Below are positions 9,232 to 22,194 of a stretch of DNA of 64,000 nt, piece after piece. This stretch comes from Alphaproteobacteria bacterium. GTDB taxonomy: Bacteria; Pseudomonadota; Alphaproteobacteria; RF32; CAG-239. The notes under the pieces are model-generated. The model made no database searches and was not told the DNA's origin. It worked only from the letters and a program-made list of their open reading frames with translations. The number at the start of each line of letters is the position of its first letter. Position 1 is the stretch's first letter. The position numbers and the translations under genes were made by a program. The DNA lies in the NCBI GenBank assembly GCA_017479985.1, contig JAFVBL010000021.1:1390-65389 (forward strand), given 5' to 3'.

Positions 9232-10908
9232 TTATTTCCGACGTAAAAATGACGGGAAATCCAAATCATCACCGGACAAATCCAAATTGTCCGTACCGGT
9301 TCTGCTTTCAATTTCGGGTTTATTCTCTGCAACCGGTTCTTCGTGATTACGTCTGCGGAAACCTAAAACCTTATCCATAAAGCTCAGACGGCTTTCTTCT
9401 TCCGGTTCCAATGTAGGTAACTCCTCAACCGCCGGTTCTTCCGGCTGAATATCTTTAAAAATGCTTGTATCCGTATTATTGAATAAAATCGGTTCATCAA
9501 CGGTTGAAGTCAGATTTTCCAAAGATGTATTGCTTGAAAAGAAATCATCATTCGGCGCCGCGGAATTGAACTCCAAGTCTGCCTTTTCGCTTTCTTCTTC
9601 TTTGCTGTCATTATTCATAATAGCATTAAACAAAGCCGATGCTTGCGGCATTTCCGGCATTTCGCCGGACTTGTCCAACGATGCGAAATCGTTATCCAAA
9701 GAAGTATCCGCAACGGCATCTTGTGCTTGCAATTCTTCAACTTCTTCCGGTTCTTCCGTCACCAGAGACTCCGGCAATTGGTACGCCTCCGGTTCAGGAT
9801 CAAGCGACACGCTTGCAACTGCCGAAAAATCGGCAGCCGGCGCACTGACAGTCGGCACAAAAGAATTATCATCATAACTTTGGTCAATCAAAGACGGTTC
9901 CGGTGTTGCTATCTTTTGTTCATATACGTGTTGTAAACCATCGTTAATTCCGGTCACAACAATAGATACACGGATTTTACCCGAAAGTGCGTCATCATAG
10001 CTCGAACCGAAGATAATGTTTGCATCATCACCGACTTCTTCTTTAATAATATTGGCCGCCTCGTCCAATTCCGGCAACGTAATATCCTGACTGCCGGTAA
10101 TATTGATTAAGACGCCTTTTGCACCCTGCAACGAGCAATCGTCCAAAAGCGGATTGGAAAGAGCCTGATGCGCAGCTTCTCTGGCACGTCCCTTGCCTTC
10201 TGCCTCACCGGTTCCCATAATAGCCTTACCTTTATCTTCCATAATATTTTTAACATCGGCAAAATCAAGGTTAATCAACCCCGGCATCATCATCAAATCC
10301 GTAATTGAGCGAACACCGGAATACAAAACATTGTCCGCCATTTTAAATGCTTCTGAAAGCGTTGTATTTTCATTGGCGATATTAAACAAATTCTGGTTAG
10401 GAATAACAATGATACTGTCAACTTCTTTAATAAAGTTTTCCAGCGACTTTGTGGCAATTTCCATACGTTTTTTACCCTCAAAACTGAACGGCTTTGTCAC
10501 CACACCGACGGTCAGAATACCTTTTTCTTTGGCAATATGAGCCACAACCGGAGCAGCACCGGAACCCGTACCGCCGCCCATACCGGCTGTAATAAACACC
10601 ATATTGACTCCGTCCAAAGCTTCGGCAATTTTTTCCTTCGCTTCTTCGGCTGCCATCTGTCCGATTTCCGGTCTGGCACCGGCTCCCAATCCTTGTGTAA
10701 TTTCCAAACCCAGCTGAATCTTTTTGGTGGCGGAAGAATGAGCCAATGCCTGTGCATCGGTATTAGCCACAATAAAATCGACTCCTTCCAGATTTTGCGC
10801 AATCATATTATTGACGGCATTACCGCCGCCCCCGCCGACACCGATAACGGCAATGCGAGGTTTTAAGTAAGAAACCGCAGTATCTGCTACTCCTAAATTT
10901 ATTGACAT
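9232..10908 (-). CDS. ftsZ: Cell division GTPase FtsZ, with a long alphaproteobacterial-type C-terminal linker
   Basis: [14 protein letters not shown] tubulin signature, NTDAQAL, T7 loop. Start is set at the ATG (MSINLG) that has AAGGAG 9 nt upstream; the first M in the ORF track is a TTG lying inside that SD. Confidence 0.9.
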   Translation of the reverse strand: MSINLGVADTAVSYLKPRIAVIGVGGGGGNAVNNMIAQNLEGVDFIVANTDAQALAHSSATKKIQLGLEITQGLGAGARPEIGQMAAEEAKEKIAEALDGVNMVFITAGMGGGTGSGAAPVVAHIAKEKGILTVGVVTKPFSFEGKKRMEIATKSLENFIKEVDSIIVIPNQNLFNIANENTTLSEAFKMADNVLYSGVRSITDLMMMPGLINLDFADVKNIMEDKGKAIMGTGEAEGKGRAREAAHQALSNPLLDDCSLQGAKGVLINITGSQDITLPELDEAANIIKEEVGDDANIIFGSSYDDALSGKIRVSIVVTGINDGLQHVYEQKIATPEPSLIDQSYDDNSFVPTVSAPAADFSAVASVSLDPEPEAYQLPESLVTEEPEEVEELQAQDAVADTSLDNDFASLDKSGEMPEMPQASALFNAIMNNDSKEEESEKADLEFNSAAPNDDFFSSNTSLENLTSTVDEPILFNNTDTSIFKDIQPEEPAVEELPTLEPEEESRLSFMDKVLGFRRRNHEEPVAENKPEIESRTGTDNLDLSGDDLDFPSFLRRK

Positions 10909-10985
10909 TGTTTCATTCTCCTTCAAATTGACACTGTATGTTAGTGCAAATTTATCGCAAATAAATTAAGTTTTGGTTACCAATT

Positions 10986-12227
10986 TTAAGAATTTTGCTT
11001 AATCCAATTAAATATTTTCGAGAATCTGCCGCCTTCACCGACCGGATGGTTAACCACGCGTTTCGGTTTACGTTCAATATTATTGGTGGCAAACAAAAGC
11101 ATTCCGAGTGCCGTCGAAAAAATCGGATTATTATTGAGTTTATCCGGCACGCCTTGAATATTGCGCGGACCGCCCAAACGAATCTGTTTATCCAAAACAA
11201 GCTTTGCCACTTCGCGAATTCCGACCAACTGACTGCAGCCGCCGGTCAGCACAACACGATGATTTTGCATATTATGCAATCCGTGTGCATCAAGTTTATG
11301 CGCCACCAACTCAAACATTTCTTCAACACGCGGCGCAATAATGCGATTTAAATCCGAACGTTTCATTTGTTTGATTGAACTGTCGTCTTCTTCACCAAGC
11401 GGATAGACATTGATTGTTTCTCGATCGTCATATCCGACTTTGAATGCACAGCCGCTTCTGATTTTCAAATCCTCGGCGTGCGCAAAAGATGTCGTCAGAC
11501 CGTGTGTAATATCGCGCGTGATATTGATTCCGCCGACAGGTATGGTTGAAAAAGCAACCGGAAATCCCCCCTTAAATGTTGCGATACTTGTTGTACCTCC
11601 GCCGATATCGACAATTGTTGCACCGTATTCGCGCTCATCTTCCACCAAACAGGCAATACCGGAAGCATACGCCGTCAGCACTTTTGTATCTATTTGCAAA
11701 CGTGCCGCATCTACAACCGAAGCCAAATTCCGATACACCAAACTCGGATACATTCCGAGCAAAATATTTACCGAAAGTTCTTCGCCGTAAATATCGCGCG
11801 GATCTTTAACATCTTCACCGCCGTCGATTTTATAATTTGTCAGCATACAATGAATAAGCTCGTTGTTGCCGACATTGATTTTTGTCAGCCCTTTTTCCAT
11901 CAGCTTATTCAAATCCGCCTCACCAATCGGTCGGTTGCGTTTAAGCGGAATCGATGCCGTGCGGTTATAGGCCGAAGTTTTATCTCCCGACACATTTAAA
12001 ATCACATTGTTAATACGTTCGTTGGCGCGCTGCTCCGCCGCCTCCACGGCATTGCATACGGAATACGTTGCCTGATTGATATCCGTAATCACACCGTTTT
12101 TGATTCCGTTTGACGCATTATAGCCGTAGCCGGCTATTTCTATTTTTTTATCTTTGTTAACGTGTGCAATAATGCAACATACTTTTGATGAGCCGATATC
12201 CAAAGCGGCAATTGTCGGATGATTCAA
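10986..12227 (-). CDS. ftsA: Cell division protein FtsA
   Basis: Actin-like ATPase motifs (ALDIGSSKV, DIGGGTT); sits between ftsQ and ftsZ. Confidence 0.9.
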   Translation of the reverse strand: MNHPTIAALDIGSSKVCCIIAHVNKDKKIEIAGYGYNASNGIKNGVITDINQATYSVCNAVEAAEQRANERINNVILNVSGDKTSAYNRTASIPLKRNRPIGEADLNKLMEKGLTKINVGNNELIHCMLTNYKIDGGEDVKDPRDIYGEELSVNILLGMYPSLVYRNLASVVDAARLQIDTKVLTAYASGIACLVEDEREYGATIVDIGGGTTSIATFKGGFPVAFSTIPVGGINITRDITHGLTTSFAHAEDLKIRSGCAFKVGYDDRETINVYPLGEEDDSSIKQMKRSDLNRIIAPRVEEMFELVAHKLDAHGLHNMQNHRVVLTGGCSQLVGIREVAKLVLDKQIRLGGPRNIQGVPDKLNNNPIFSTALGMLLFATNNIERKPKRVVNHPVGEGGRFSKIFNWIKQNS

Positions 12228-12256
12228 TTTAACACCTCTGTTATATAATTAAGCGC

Positions 12257-13057
12257 TTAACGGTTTTCGTCCGAAACGTCCAGACGGACAATAACCTTAT
12301 TTTTCAATCTTAAATCAATGAAAGTTAATTTACGTTTAAGAATACCGCGTGTTTTATCTAATTTTACCAATTTTTTCCAAGCGGCGGCAAAATCTTCTTC
12401 CGGCATTTTAACCGTAATTCCTTTTTCCACATCATCAAAAATCAGATTCCACCGGCGGTTTGAAATAAAATTAGCTGCTTTCAGCCGCGCAAACAATTCT
12501 TTATCCTGCTCAACCACTTTCAGAAGCGTATTAAAATGTGCCGGCGCCCCGTCTCCTATAATTTGCAGCAAATTATGTTCCGGTACATACTCGGTTTCGA
12601 TAATTTCTCCATCTTCATCAATCGGATAAAATTCATTTTTGTATTGCCATATTGACTTAACCTTTTTTTCGGCAATACTGATATGAACGGCATTCGGAAA
12701 ATAACGACGCGTAACCACGGCTTTTTTAACCCACGGCAAAGCCTGAATTTCAGCGCATATTTCTTTTAAATCTATTTCCAAAATATTATCGCCGCGTTTT
12801 AATCCGCTTGCCGCAAGAACTTCCGCGGCAGACGTTTTTTCCGCTCCTTCAAGTGTTACATCTTCCAATCCCCAGCCGGCAGTTGCCGTTTTGCTGTAAA
12901 TTTCCGACATCAGCGAATCAATCTGTTTGCCGACCAAATTATGCCGCACGGTAATCACCCCGAGTGTCAGTGCCCAAATAACGCCGAGCAACAGCAAATT
13001 GCCGAGTAAACGATACGGCCAAACCACGGTTTCATATATTTTATTATCCGCAACCAC
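12257..13057 (-). CDS. ftsQ: Cell division protein FtsQ
   Basis: N-terminal TM segment followed by a POTRA-like region; conserved position upstream of ftsA. Confidence 0.75.
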   Translation of the reverse strand: MVADNKIYETVVWPYRLLGNLLLLGVIWALTLGVITVRHNLVGKQIDSLMSEIYSKTATAGWGLEDVTLEGAEKTSAAEVLAASGLKRGDNILEIDLKEICAEIQALPWVKKAVVTRRYFPNAVHISIAEKKVKSIWQYKNEFYPIDEDGEIIETEYVPEHNLLQIIGDGAPAHFNTLLKVVEQDKELFARLKAANFISNRRWNLIFDDVEKGITVKMPEEDFAAAWKKLVKLDKTRGILKRKLTFIDLRLKNKVIVRLDVSDENR

Positions 13058-13059
13058 CT

Positions 13060-13959
13060 TTATTGCTCCCGTCCGACGATTTTCACTTCCGTTTCCAAAT
13101 CAATACCGCTTTTTTGCTTTACGGCTTGTTGAACGGCTCGACACAAATTTTCGACATCTGACGCACTTGTTCCCTCATTATGTAAGAAATTGCAATGTAC
13201 CGCCGACATTTTCGCCTTTCCGAAAACAAACGTATCTCCGCCGGCTTCTTTAATCAGCTTCCAAGCCGCCGTACCCTCGGGATTTTTAAAAGTCGAACCT
13301 GCGGTTTTTATGCCTTGCGGCTGATGCGCTCGACGATATTCTTCATTTTGCGCGATTTGCGCACGCACAACATCAACATCACGCTTTTCAAAGCTCAGAC
13401 ACACTTCAAGTACAATCCAATCTGCCGGAAAATCACTGTAACGATATGCAAAATGAAAATCCTCGTTTGCAACTTCAAACACCCGACCGTTTCCGTCAAT
13501 TACGCGCGCTGAAACCAAAACTTTGCTCATATCCGAACCGAAACAACCGGCATTTGAACGCATTGCACCGCCGAGCGTTCCCGGAATCGAACATAAAAAT
13601 TCCAAACCGCCGAGTCCGTTTGCCGACACAATGTTTTTAAGCGCAAAATTAGAACAACCTGCGCCGCAATAAAGCCTGCTTCCGTCGATTTGACATTGTG
13701 CAAAGTTTTTATCCGACAATTTAATCACCACACCGGCAATACCGCTGTCACGCACCAACAAATTCGATCCGCCGCCGATAACAAAAACATCTGTTTGCGG
13801 ATTTTTTTGACGTATAAATTCCTGTAAATCCGCCTCATCTGCCGGCATAAACATTACATCTGCCGGACCGCCGACATTCAACCACGTATGGCGGCTCAAC
13901 GGCTCTTTTAATTTATACGTGCCGCGTACTTGCGGTAATGCAGTTATATCAGCCGTCAT
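13060..13959 (-). CDS. murB: UDP-N-acetylenolpyruvoylglucosamine reductase MurB
   Basis: FAD-binding domain (LNVGGPADV, VIGGGSNLL). Internal ATG (MTADIT) chosen so the start abuts the ftsW stop; ORF track start is 13995. Confidence 0.85.
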   Translation of the reverse strand: MTADITALPQVRGTYKLKEPLSRHTWLNVGGPADVMFMPADEADLQEFIRQKNPQTDVFVIGGGSNLLVRDSGIAGVVIKLSDKNFAQCQIDGSRLYCGAGCSNFALKNIVSANGLGGLEFLCSIPGTLGGAMRSNAGCFGSDMSKVLVSARVIDGNGRVFEVANEDFHFAYRYSDFPADWIVLEVCLSFEKRDVDVVRAQIAQNEEYRRAHQPQGIKTAGSTFKNPEGTAAWKLIKEAGGDTFVFGKAKMSAVHCNFLHNEGTSASDVENLCRAVQQAVKQKSGIDLETEVKIVGREQ

Positions 13960-13963
13960 AATA

Positions 13964-15094
13964 TCACCCCATATCTTTATCTTCAGACGCCACATTTTGC
14001 CGCGTTATGGCAAGCAACATTCCGATTTCTATCGCACTTGCCAATAATGACGAACCGCCGTACGAAATAAACGGCAAAGTCATACCTTTGGTCGGGATAA
14101 GATGCAACGACGATCCCATATTGACAAATGCCTGAAATCCGATTGATGCCGCCAAACCGACCTCGGCATACATTACAAACAAATTACTTTCTTTCAGCGA
14201 AATCTTCAGTGTGCGAATAACGATAACGGCAAACAATGCAATAATAATCAAACACAGCCACAAACCGTACTCCTCGCCGGCAACCGCAAACACAAAATCG
14301 GTATGCGCATCAGGAATATTAAGCTTAACCGTCCCCTCTCCCGGCCCTTTACCGACGAGATTTCCGTTTTGGAATGCCTGCATTGCTTTATTGATTTGGT
14401 AACTCGTCTCATCACTGCCGTATAAAAATTGATCCACACGTGCGTGAAAGTGCGGATAAACAAAATAAAGCAAAACCATACCGGCCAAACCGCCTATAAC
14501 ACCGAACACAACAATAAACATCGGCAATCCGGCCAAAAAAAGCTGCAAACCGAAAACCGCCGTTGTCAAAATCGTCATACCGATATCCGGCTGCAGCAGC
14601 AACAAACCGGCAACACATACATAAAGAAAAATAGAAATCCACATTCCCGGAAAATAATCATATTTCTTACCGCAATCCAAGAGCCAAGCCGTCACAATTA
14701 TAAAAATCGGTTTCATAAACTCGGACGCCTGCATTGAAAAACCGAACAAACTAATCCAGCGTTTGGCTCCTTTTGTTTCAAACCCCAAAAACATCGTCAA
14801 TACCAGTAATGCCCCGACCACAACAAAGCCGGCAAGCGAAATCTGCCGTATGGTACGTAATTTCAGCATTGAAAGCGCAAAAATCAACACAACCGATGCC
14901 AAAGCATAACATACCTGTTTTTTAACAAACCAAAAATCCTCAACATGGATTGTTCGCGCCACTGCCGGACTTGCCGTAATATCCAGAATGATTCCGATAG
15001 TCAGCAAAGCCAGCGACACAAACAGAATCACTTTATCAATGGTCCATAACCATTTTGAAAAAGCAGTATGACTCCGACGCGAAAAATTCACCAT
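13964..15094 (-). CDS. ftsW: Peptidoglycan glycosyltransferase FtsW (SEDS family)
   Basis: Polytopic membrane protein of the FtsW/RodA family, within the dcw cluster between mraY and murB. Confidence 0.85.
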   Translation of the reverse strand: MVNFSRRSHTAFSKWLWTIDKVILFVSLALLTIGIILDITASPAVARTIHVEDFWFVKKQVCYALASVVLIFALSMLKLRTIRQISLAGFVVVGALLVLTMFLGFETKGAKRWISLFGFSMQASEFMKPIFIIVTAWLLDCGKKYDYFPGMWISIFLYVCVAGLLLLQPDIGMTILTTAVFGLQLFLAGLPMFIVVFGVIGGLAGMVLLYFVYPHFHARVDQFLYGSDETSYQINKAMQAFQNGNLVGKGPGEGTVKLNIPDAHTDFVFAVAGEEYGLWLCLIIIALFAVIVIRTLKISLKESNLFVMYAEVGLAASIGFQAFVNMGSSLHLIPTKGMTLPFISYGGSSLLASAIEIGMLLAITRQNVASEDKDMG

Positions 15095-15115
15095 AGCATT
15101 TACTCCGTTTCTATT

Positions 15116-16162
15116 TTATAAAAACACCAGTGTACCGACCAGCGCCAATATCAATGCCGCTCCCCAAAAGCTGAAGACAACTTTCTTTTCGCTCCAACCG
15201 AGCTGTTCAAAATGATGATGTATCGGCGCCATTTTGAAAAAGCGTCTGCCCGTTTTTTTGAAATAGGCCACCTGAATAATTACCGATACGGTTTCCATAA
15301 CAAAGACACCGCCGACAATCGCCAACAATATTTCACTTTTCGTCATCACGGCAACGGCACCGAGCATTGCCCCCAATGCAAGTGATCCCGTATCTCCCAT
15401 AAACACGCGCGCTTTCGGCTTATTGAAATACAAAAAACCCAAACACGCGCCGACAAGTGCGGCACACACAACGGCAATTTCCGAACAACGCGGGATGTAA
15501 AGCATATTAAAATCAACAGCATCTGCCAAACCGCTGTAATAAGCCACTGCCATAAAAAACGTAAAAGCAACAATCAATAAACCGGACGCCAAACCGTCCA
15601 ACCCGTCACTTAAATTAACCCCGTTTGATGCTCCCGACATCACAATCACCGCAAACGGCACGTACAGCCACGACAGATTGATAAACCAATCCGCAATATA
15701 CGGGATATTCAGCACCGTATTTATTCCGCGCGGAGTCGCCGCCGTAATAATACTTGCCGCCACTGCCGCCGTCAAAAATTGAATAAACAGTTTCATCCCT
15801 GCCGTCATTGCATTTGAGCTTTGGCGTTTGACTTTCCAATAATCATCAACAAAGCCGGTTGCACCATACACAATCAAGACCAACAAACTCACCCAAACAA
15901 AGTGATATGAAATGTTTGCAAACAATAAAATCGCAAAAATCGCCGTTCCCAAAATCAGCAATCCGCCCATTGTCGGTGTTCCTTTTTTGGTCTGTAAATG
16001 GCTCTGCGGACCGTCTTCACGAATCGGCTGTCCCTGTTTTTGCCAACTATGCAAATATTCAATCAGCGGACCACCGCAGACCAAACTCAATACCAATGCT
16101 GTCACAAACGCAAAAAGCATACGAATTTCAACGGATAATCCGATATTTATCAGTGCAAACAT
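15116..16162 (-). CDS. mraY: Phospho-N-acetylmuramoyl-pentapeptide transferase MraY
   Basis: KKGTPTMGG, NLSDGLDGLA, FMGDTGSLALG, APIHHHFE. ATG (MFALIN) with GGAG upstream chosen over the longer ORF-track start. Confidence 0.9.
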   Translation of the reverse strand: MFALINIGLSVEIRMLFAFVTALVLSLVCGGPLIEYLHSWQKQGQPIREDGPQSHLQTKKGTPTMGGLLILGTAIFAILLFANISYHFVWVSLLVLIVYGATGFVDDYWKVKRQSSNAMTAGMKLFIQFLTAAVAASIITAATPRGINTVLNIPYIADWFINLSWLYVPFAVIVMSGASNGVNLSDGLDGLASGLLIVAFTFFMAVAYYSGLADAVDFNMLYIPRCSEIAVVCAALVGACLGFLYFNKPKARVFMGDTGSLALGAMLGAVAVMTKSEILLAIVGGVFVMETVSVIIQVAYFKKTGRRFFKMAPIHHHFEQLGWSEKKVVFSFWGAALILALVGTLVFL

Positions 16163-16303
16163 ATTGTAATCTCCCATATATTTTTTCGGATTGTAATACA
16201 AATATCTAAAATAAATCTTAAAAACACACATTATTATGTTTAAAATTTACGAGAATTTTACTATTATAAAAATATCTTTAATGTCAAGAGAGGTGAAACG
16301 ACT

Positions 16304-17098
16304 ATGAAGAAGATATTTTTATTGCTTGCCGGTGTACTATTGTTTTCCGTATCGTCAAACAATGTGTATGCACAAGCCGAAGATGATGCCACATTCGGTT
16401 TGGATAATGATGACTTTCTGGCTGAAAATACCGGCCTTCCGACCAAACAAACCGAAGCGGAAGCCAAAGCCGTTTTTTCGGAATTTTTGAATCGTTTTGT
16501 AACTGCGGCAACCGCGCGCCCGATTTTAAATGCCGAAAAAGTTTTCTGTTATATAGTTGATTATGCTCCGAGAGACAGTGAAGGATATACGGTCAACGGC
16601 TTGGCGGTCAACGGATATTGCGGAGAACTTTCGAATGACGGACGTACTTTAATCAAAGATGCTCTTCTGAACAACACACTTGCCTTTTCCAAAAGCAAAG
16701 CGGATTGCAAAATCAGTCCTAAAATTCTCTTGCGATATGTTCACGGTATAGACCATACCGATATTTTATTGTCGTCACCGTGCCAATCTTTAACATTCTT
16801 TCACGGTACGGATATTACTTCGGTTAACGCCGCACCAGGGGCAAAAATCGTTGACCAAATCGTCACGGCATACGCCTCGCTGAAAGAAGATTTTTTATCG
16901 CCGGCAATGCTTGGGCAAATGGTCGGCAACGGTATCCCGCAAACACAGGCGCAAAAAGAAATTATACGTAAACAGGCTCCGACCGAAGCACCGCGCAAAA
17001 AATGGAGTGCCGAACCGACTGTTCAATCACAGGAAAACACAACTCAGCCGGAAACGGCACAACAACCGGCAAAATCCGGTTGGAACAAGTTGAAATAG
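16304..17098 (+). CDS. Secreted hypothetical protein
   Basis: Signal peptide MKKIFLLLAGVLLFSVSSNNVYAQA; Q/T/P-rich C-terminus; no recognisable domain. Confidence 0.55.
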   Translation: MKKIFLLLAGVLLFSVSSNNVYAQAEDDATFGLDNDDFLAENTGLPTKQTEAEAKAVFSEFLNRFVTAATARPILNAEKVFCYIVDYAPRDSEGYTVNGLAVNGYCGELSNDGRTLIKDALLNNTLAFSKSKADCKISPKILLRYVHGIDHTDILLSSPCQSLTFFHGTDITSVNAAPGAKIVDQIVTAYASLKEDFLSPAMLGQMVGNGIPQTQAQKEIIRKQAPTEAPRKKWSAEPTVQSQENTTQPETAQQPAKSGWNKLK

Positions 17099-17124
17099 TC
17101 TGCACTGAAAACTTGATTAAAAAA

Positions 17125-17158
17125 ACGACATCACCTATATCATTGATGCCGTTTTTTT
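17125..17158 (+). terminator. Candidate rho-independent terminator after the 16304-17098 gene
   Basis: 9-bp stem with one mismatch (acgacatca / tgatgccgt), 10-nt loop, then TTTTTTT. Confidence 0.4.
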
Positions 17159-17260
17159 AGATAAAGCCGCAAAAAATCCTGTTGATTATTTGTTTTATAC
17201 TTGCCTTCCGTTATAAAACCGATTATCTTAAGGCATATTTAACAATTCGGGACAGGCAAA

Positions 17261-17815
17261 GTGAAAAAAACTTCTGTAATTAAAGCAGCTATGATGTATG
17301 CTGAAGCAATGTATGACAGTACAATAAAAACGGAAAATGTCGAGACATTGTATGATAATGCGCGTACCCTGAAAGCAGCGATTGAAAGCGGTATGAATGA
17401 ATTAAACAAACTTAATAATCCGCTATGGAAGTATGAAAAAAAAGCACAAATTCTGGAATATCTGGCACAGCAATTACCTTTATGCAAAAATATGCTAAAC
17501 ACACTCAAAATATTAGCAAAAAACAACGAATTAAATATTCTTCCTCAAGTATTGAATCAATTTATCCTGTTGTATCAGGATAAACATTATATTGCCGAAG
17601 TTGAGGTTACAACCGTTATGCCGCTCAACGCCTTACAGGAAGACTTGCTTAAAACAAAATTGGCGGCAATATTTCATAAAGAGATACTTTTACATTACAT
17701 TATCAATCCGCAGATTATCGGCGGTTTGGTTATAAAATACGGTACTAATTTTATTGATAATTCCGTAAAGCACAAACTTGATGCTTTGGAACAGCTTATG
17801 AAAGGGACAAAATAG
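17261..17815 (+). CDS. atpH: F0F1 ATP synthase subunit delta
   Basis: 184 aa immediately upstream of atpA; OSCP-like; GTG start. Confidence 0.8.
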   Translation: MKKTSVIKAAMMYAEAMYDSTIKTENVETLYDNARTLKAAIESGMNELNKLNNPLWKYEKKAQILEYLAQQLPLCKNMLNTLKILAKNNELNILPQVLNQFILLYQDKHYIAEVEVTTVMPLNALQEDLLKTKLAAIFHKEILLHYIINPQIIGGLVIKYGTNFIDNSVKHKLDALEQLMKGTK

Positions 17816-19369
17816 ATGTCTGTACAAGCAGATGAAATTTCATCGATTTTAAAAGAAAAAATTGCAGATTTCGACTTATCGTCGGATATGACGGAAGTCG
17901 GCCGCGTATTGTCCGTTGGTGACGGTATTGCACGTGTTTACGGTTTGGATAAAGTCCAGCTTAACGAAATGGTCGAATTTTCAAACGGCACCAAAGGTAT
18001 GGCGCTTAATTTGGAAGAAGACAGCGTCAGTGTCGTACTGTTCGGTTCCGATGAAGATATTAATGAAGGCGATATCGTCAAGCGCACAGATCAAATCGTA
18101 AGCGTACCGGTCGGCAAAGGTTTGCTCGGTCGTGTGGTTGATGCGCTGGGTAACCCGATTGACGGTATGGGCGAAATAACGGCAGAAAAATACAGCACCG
18201 CAGAAATAAAAGCACCGGGTATTATCCCGAGGAAAGGTGTGCATGAGCCGGTACAGACAGGCTTAAAGGTTATCGATTCGCTGATTCCGATAGGTCGCGG
18301 TCAACGTGAGTTGATTATCGGTGACCGCCAAACCGGTAAGACCTCCATCATCATTGACACGATTATCAATCAAAAGCGCACCAATGATGCCGCCAAGAGC
18401 GATAATGAAAAACTGTTTTGCATTTACGTTGCCATAGGTCAAAAACGCTCCTCGGTTGCTCAAGTGGTCAAAACACTGCGTGACTACGGCGCAATGGACT
18501 ATACGATTGTGGTGGCGGCAACTGCTTCCGAAGCAGCACCATTGCAATTTTTAGCGCCTTATGCAGGTACGGCAATGGGTGAATATTTCCGCGACAACGG
18601 TATGCACGCTGTCATCTTTTATGATGACCTCTCAAAGCAAGCGGTCGCCTATCGTCAGATGTCGTTGCTGATTCGCCGTCCGCCTGGGCGTGAAGCATAT
18701 CCCGGCGATGTATTCTATTTGCACTCACGTTTGCTTGAGCGTGCGGCAAAAATGAATCCGAATTACGGCTCCGGTTCACTCACGGCAATGCCGGTGATTG
18801 AAACACAGGCCGGTGACGTTTCCGCCTATATTCCGACCAACGTTATTTCAATTACGGACGGTCAGATTTTCTTGGAAACAGCCCTGTTTTATCAAGGCAT
18901 CCGTCCGGCGGTAAATGTAGGTATTTCCGTTTCGCGTGTGGGTTCTGCGGCACAAATTAAGGCAATGAAACAAGTTTCCGGTTCTATGAAATTGGATTTG
19001 GCGCAATATCGGGAAATGGCGGCATTTGCACAATTTTCTTCAGATTTGGATAAATCAACACGCGCCTTACTTGACAAAGGTTCAAAATTGACCGAACTCT
19101 TAAAACAGCCGGTACATCAACCGATGGCAACCGAAGAAGAAGTGGTCTCGATTTTTGCCGGCGTTCGTGGATATTTAACCAAAGTCAAAGTCGAAAATGT
19201 CAAAGAATTTGAGAAAGCGGCTTTGGATTATATGCACGAAACACATCCGGAATATTTGGAAGAAATTGTTGAAAAACACGTTATTTCACCGGAATTGGAA
19301 ACAAAGTTGGCAGAGTTCTATACAAACTTTACCGAAAAGTATTTGAAATCAACGGAGAAGGCAGCATAA
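17816..19369 (+). CDS. atpA: F0F1 ATP synthase subunit alpha
   Basis: Walker [11 protein letters not shown] and strong alpha-subunit conservation. Confidence 0.95.
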   Translation: MSVQADEISSILKEKIADFDLSSDMTEVGRVLSVGDGIARVYGLDKVQLNEMVEFSNGTKGMALNLEEDSVSVVLFGSDEDINEGDIVKRTDQIVSVPVGKGLLGRVVDALGNPIDGMGEITAEKYSTAEIKAPGIIPRKGVHEPVQTGLKVIDSLIPIGRGQRELIIGDRQTGKTSIIIDTIINQKRTNDAAKSDNEKLFCIYVAIGQKRSSVAQVVKTLRDYGAMDYTIVVAATASEAAPLQFLAPYAGTAMGEYFRDNGMHAVIFYDDLSKQAVAYRQMSLLIRRPPGREAYPGDVFYLHSRLLERAAKMNPNYGSGSLTAMPVIETQAGDVSAYIPTNVISITDGQIFLETALFYQGIRPAVNVGISVSRVGSAAQIKAMKQVSGSMKLDLAQYREMAAFAQFSSDLDKSTRALLDKGSKLTELLKQPVHQPMATEEEVVSIFAGVRGYLTKVKVENVKEFEKAALDYMHETHPEYLEEIVEKHVISPELETKLAEFYTNFTEKYLKSTEKAA

Positions 19370-20299
19370 ATGGCCGGATTAAAAGAATTACGCACCAGAA
19401 TTGAAGCCATTAAGTCGACGCAAAAAATTACGTCGGCAATGAAAATGGTGGCCGCCTCGCGTTTACGACGCGTGCAAATTCTGGTGGATAAAAACCAAGG
19501 CTATTCGCAAAACCTGCGGCATTCCGCCTTGCGCGTGATGACCGAAATTGAAAACGAAGAAAAAGCAAAAGGCATTAAATATATCCGTCCGCTGATGTTG
19601 CGTACGGCACAAAATCCGCAACATTATAAACTTTGCGTTATCTCGTCCGACCGCGGCTTGTGCGGCGCATATAACAGCAACATTGCAAAAAAAGCAACAC
19701 AGCGAATTCGCGAATTATTACAACAAAACAAAAATATCAGCGTAGAATGTATCGGCAAAAAGGCATACGATACATTAAAACGTACTTTTGCCGGCAGTAA
19801 TATTCGGCTGACCCTTAGCGGCGAAAAACTTAAAACATTGAGCTATACCGAACAGGCAAAGACCGTCGTTATGGATATTTTACGACAATTTCAAGCTAAA
19901 GAATTTGACGTCTGCGAATTTGTGTTTGCCCGTTTTTCTTCTGCCATCAGCAGAACTTTTGTCTGCGAGCAGGTATGCCCGATGGATTTGAATACCGAGC
20001 ATCTTGATGAAGAAGAATTGCAGCTGATTAACCGCTCCGGTCAGGCATTTTATGAATATCTGCCGGATAAACTGACGGTTTTGGAAAATATTTTGCCGAT
20101 TCTGTTTGATGATGACATTTTCAAAATCATCGTCAATTCGGCTGCCTCCGAGCACGGTGCACGTATGACTTCAATGGATAGCGCTACCCGCAATGCAAAA
20201 AATATGATCAGTGATTTGACACTGAAATACAACAGTTTACGACAATCGGCAATCACGACCGAGCTGATAGAAATTATCGCCGGTGCCGAAGCGATTTAA
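19370..20299 (+). CDS. atpG: F0F1 ATP synthase subunit gamma
   Basis: N-terminal MAGLKELRTRIEAIKSTQKITSAMKMVAASRL and C-terminal ITTELIEIIAGAEA. Confidence 0.9.
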   Translation: MAGLKELRTRIEAIKSTQKITSAMKMVAASRLRRVQILVDKNQGYSQNLRHSALRVMTEIENEEKAKGIKYIRPLMLRTAQNPQHYKLCVISSDRGLCGAYNSNIAKKATQRIRELLQQNKNISVECIGKKAYDTLKRTFAGSNIRLTLSGEKLKTLSYTEQAKTVVMDILRQFQAKEFDVCEFVFARFSSAISRTFVCEQVCPMDLNTEHLDEEELQLINRSGQAFYEYLPDKLTVLENILPILFDDDIFKIIVNSAASEHGARMTSMDSATRNAKNMISDLTLKYNSLRQSAITTELIEIIAGAEAI

Positions 20300-20306
20300 G
20301 AGATAG

Positions 20307-21752
<1,446 letters not shown>

Positions 21753-21753
21753 T

Positions 21754-22119
21754 ATGGCTGAGAATATTACACTCAAAATATTCACGCCGGAAAAGACGGC
21801 CATTAACCGCAAGGTATATCGCGTGGTCTTGCCATACGGTACGACAGATTTGACCATTATTGAAGACCGCGCGCCGACTTCACTTATATTACACGACGGC
21901 GCAATGCATATTTTGAATGAAGATAACTCGATTGCCGACACTTATTTTTTGGACGACGGTGTTGTCGACGTGGCGGATAATGTGTGTAAAATCTCGACAC
22001 GTCACATTATTCATCGCTCAAAAATAAGCATTGAGCGTGCGCGTGAGTTATTGACGGAAGAGCCGCAAAACGAGTCGTATTATCAAGCAATTATCGATTA
22101 TCTTGAAAATTTCGAATAA
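21754..22119 (+). CDS. atpC: F0F1 ATP synthase subunit epsilon
   Basis: 121 aa directly after atpD; epsilon fold. Confidence 0.85.
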   Translation: MAENITLKIFTPEKTAINRKVYRVVLPYGTTDLTIIEDRAPTSLILHDGAMHILNEDNSIADTYFLDDGVVDVADNVCKISTRHIIHRSKISIERARELLTEEPQNESYYQAIIDYLENFE

Positions 22120-22194
22120 AAGAAATACTAAGGCTTTGCTCACACGGCATATTTTTTGTTATTTTTACAAGGTTCAATTAAAAATTCTGTTGAA

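Noticed and set aside
9461-9936. Plus-strand ORFs inside ftsZ
   Set aside because: Antisense to the acidic/proline-rich FtsZ linker region; no support.
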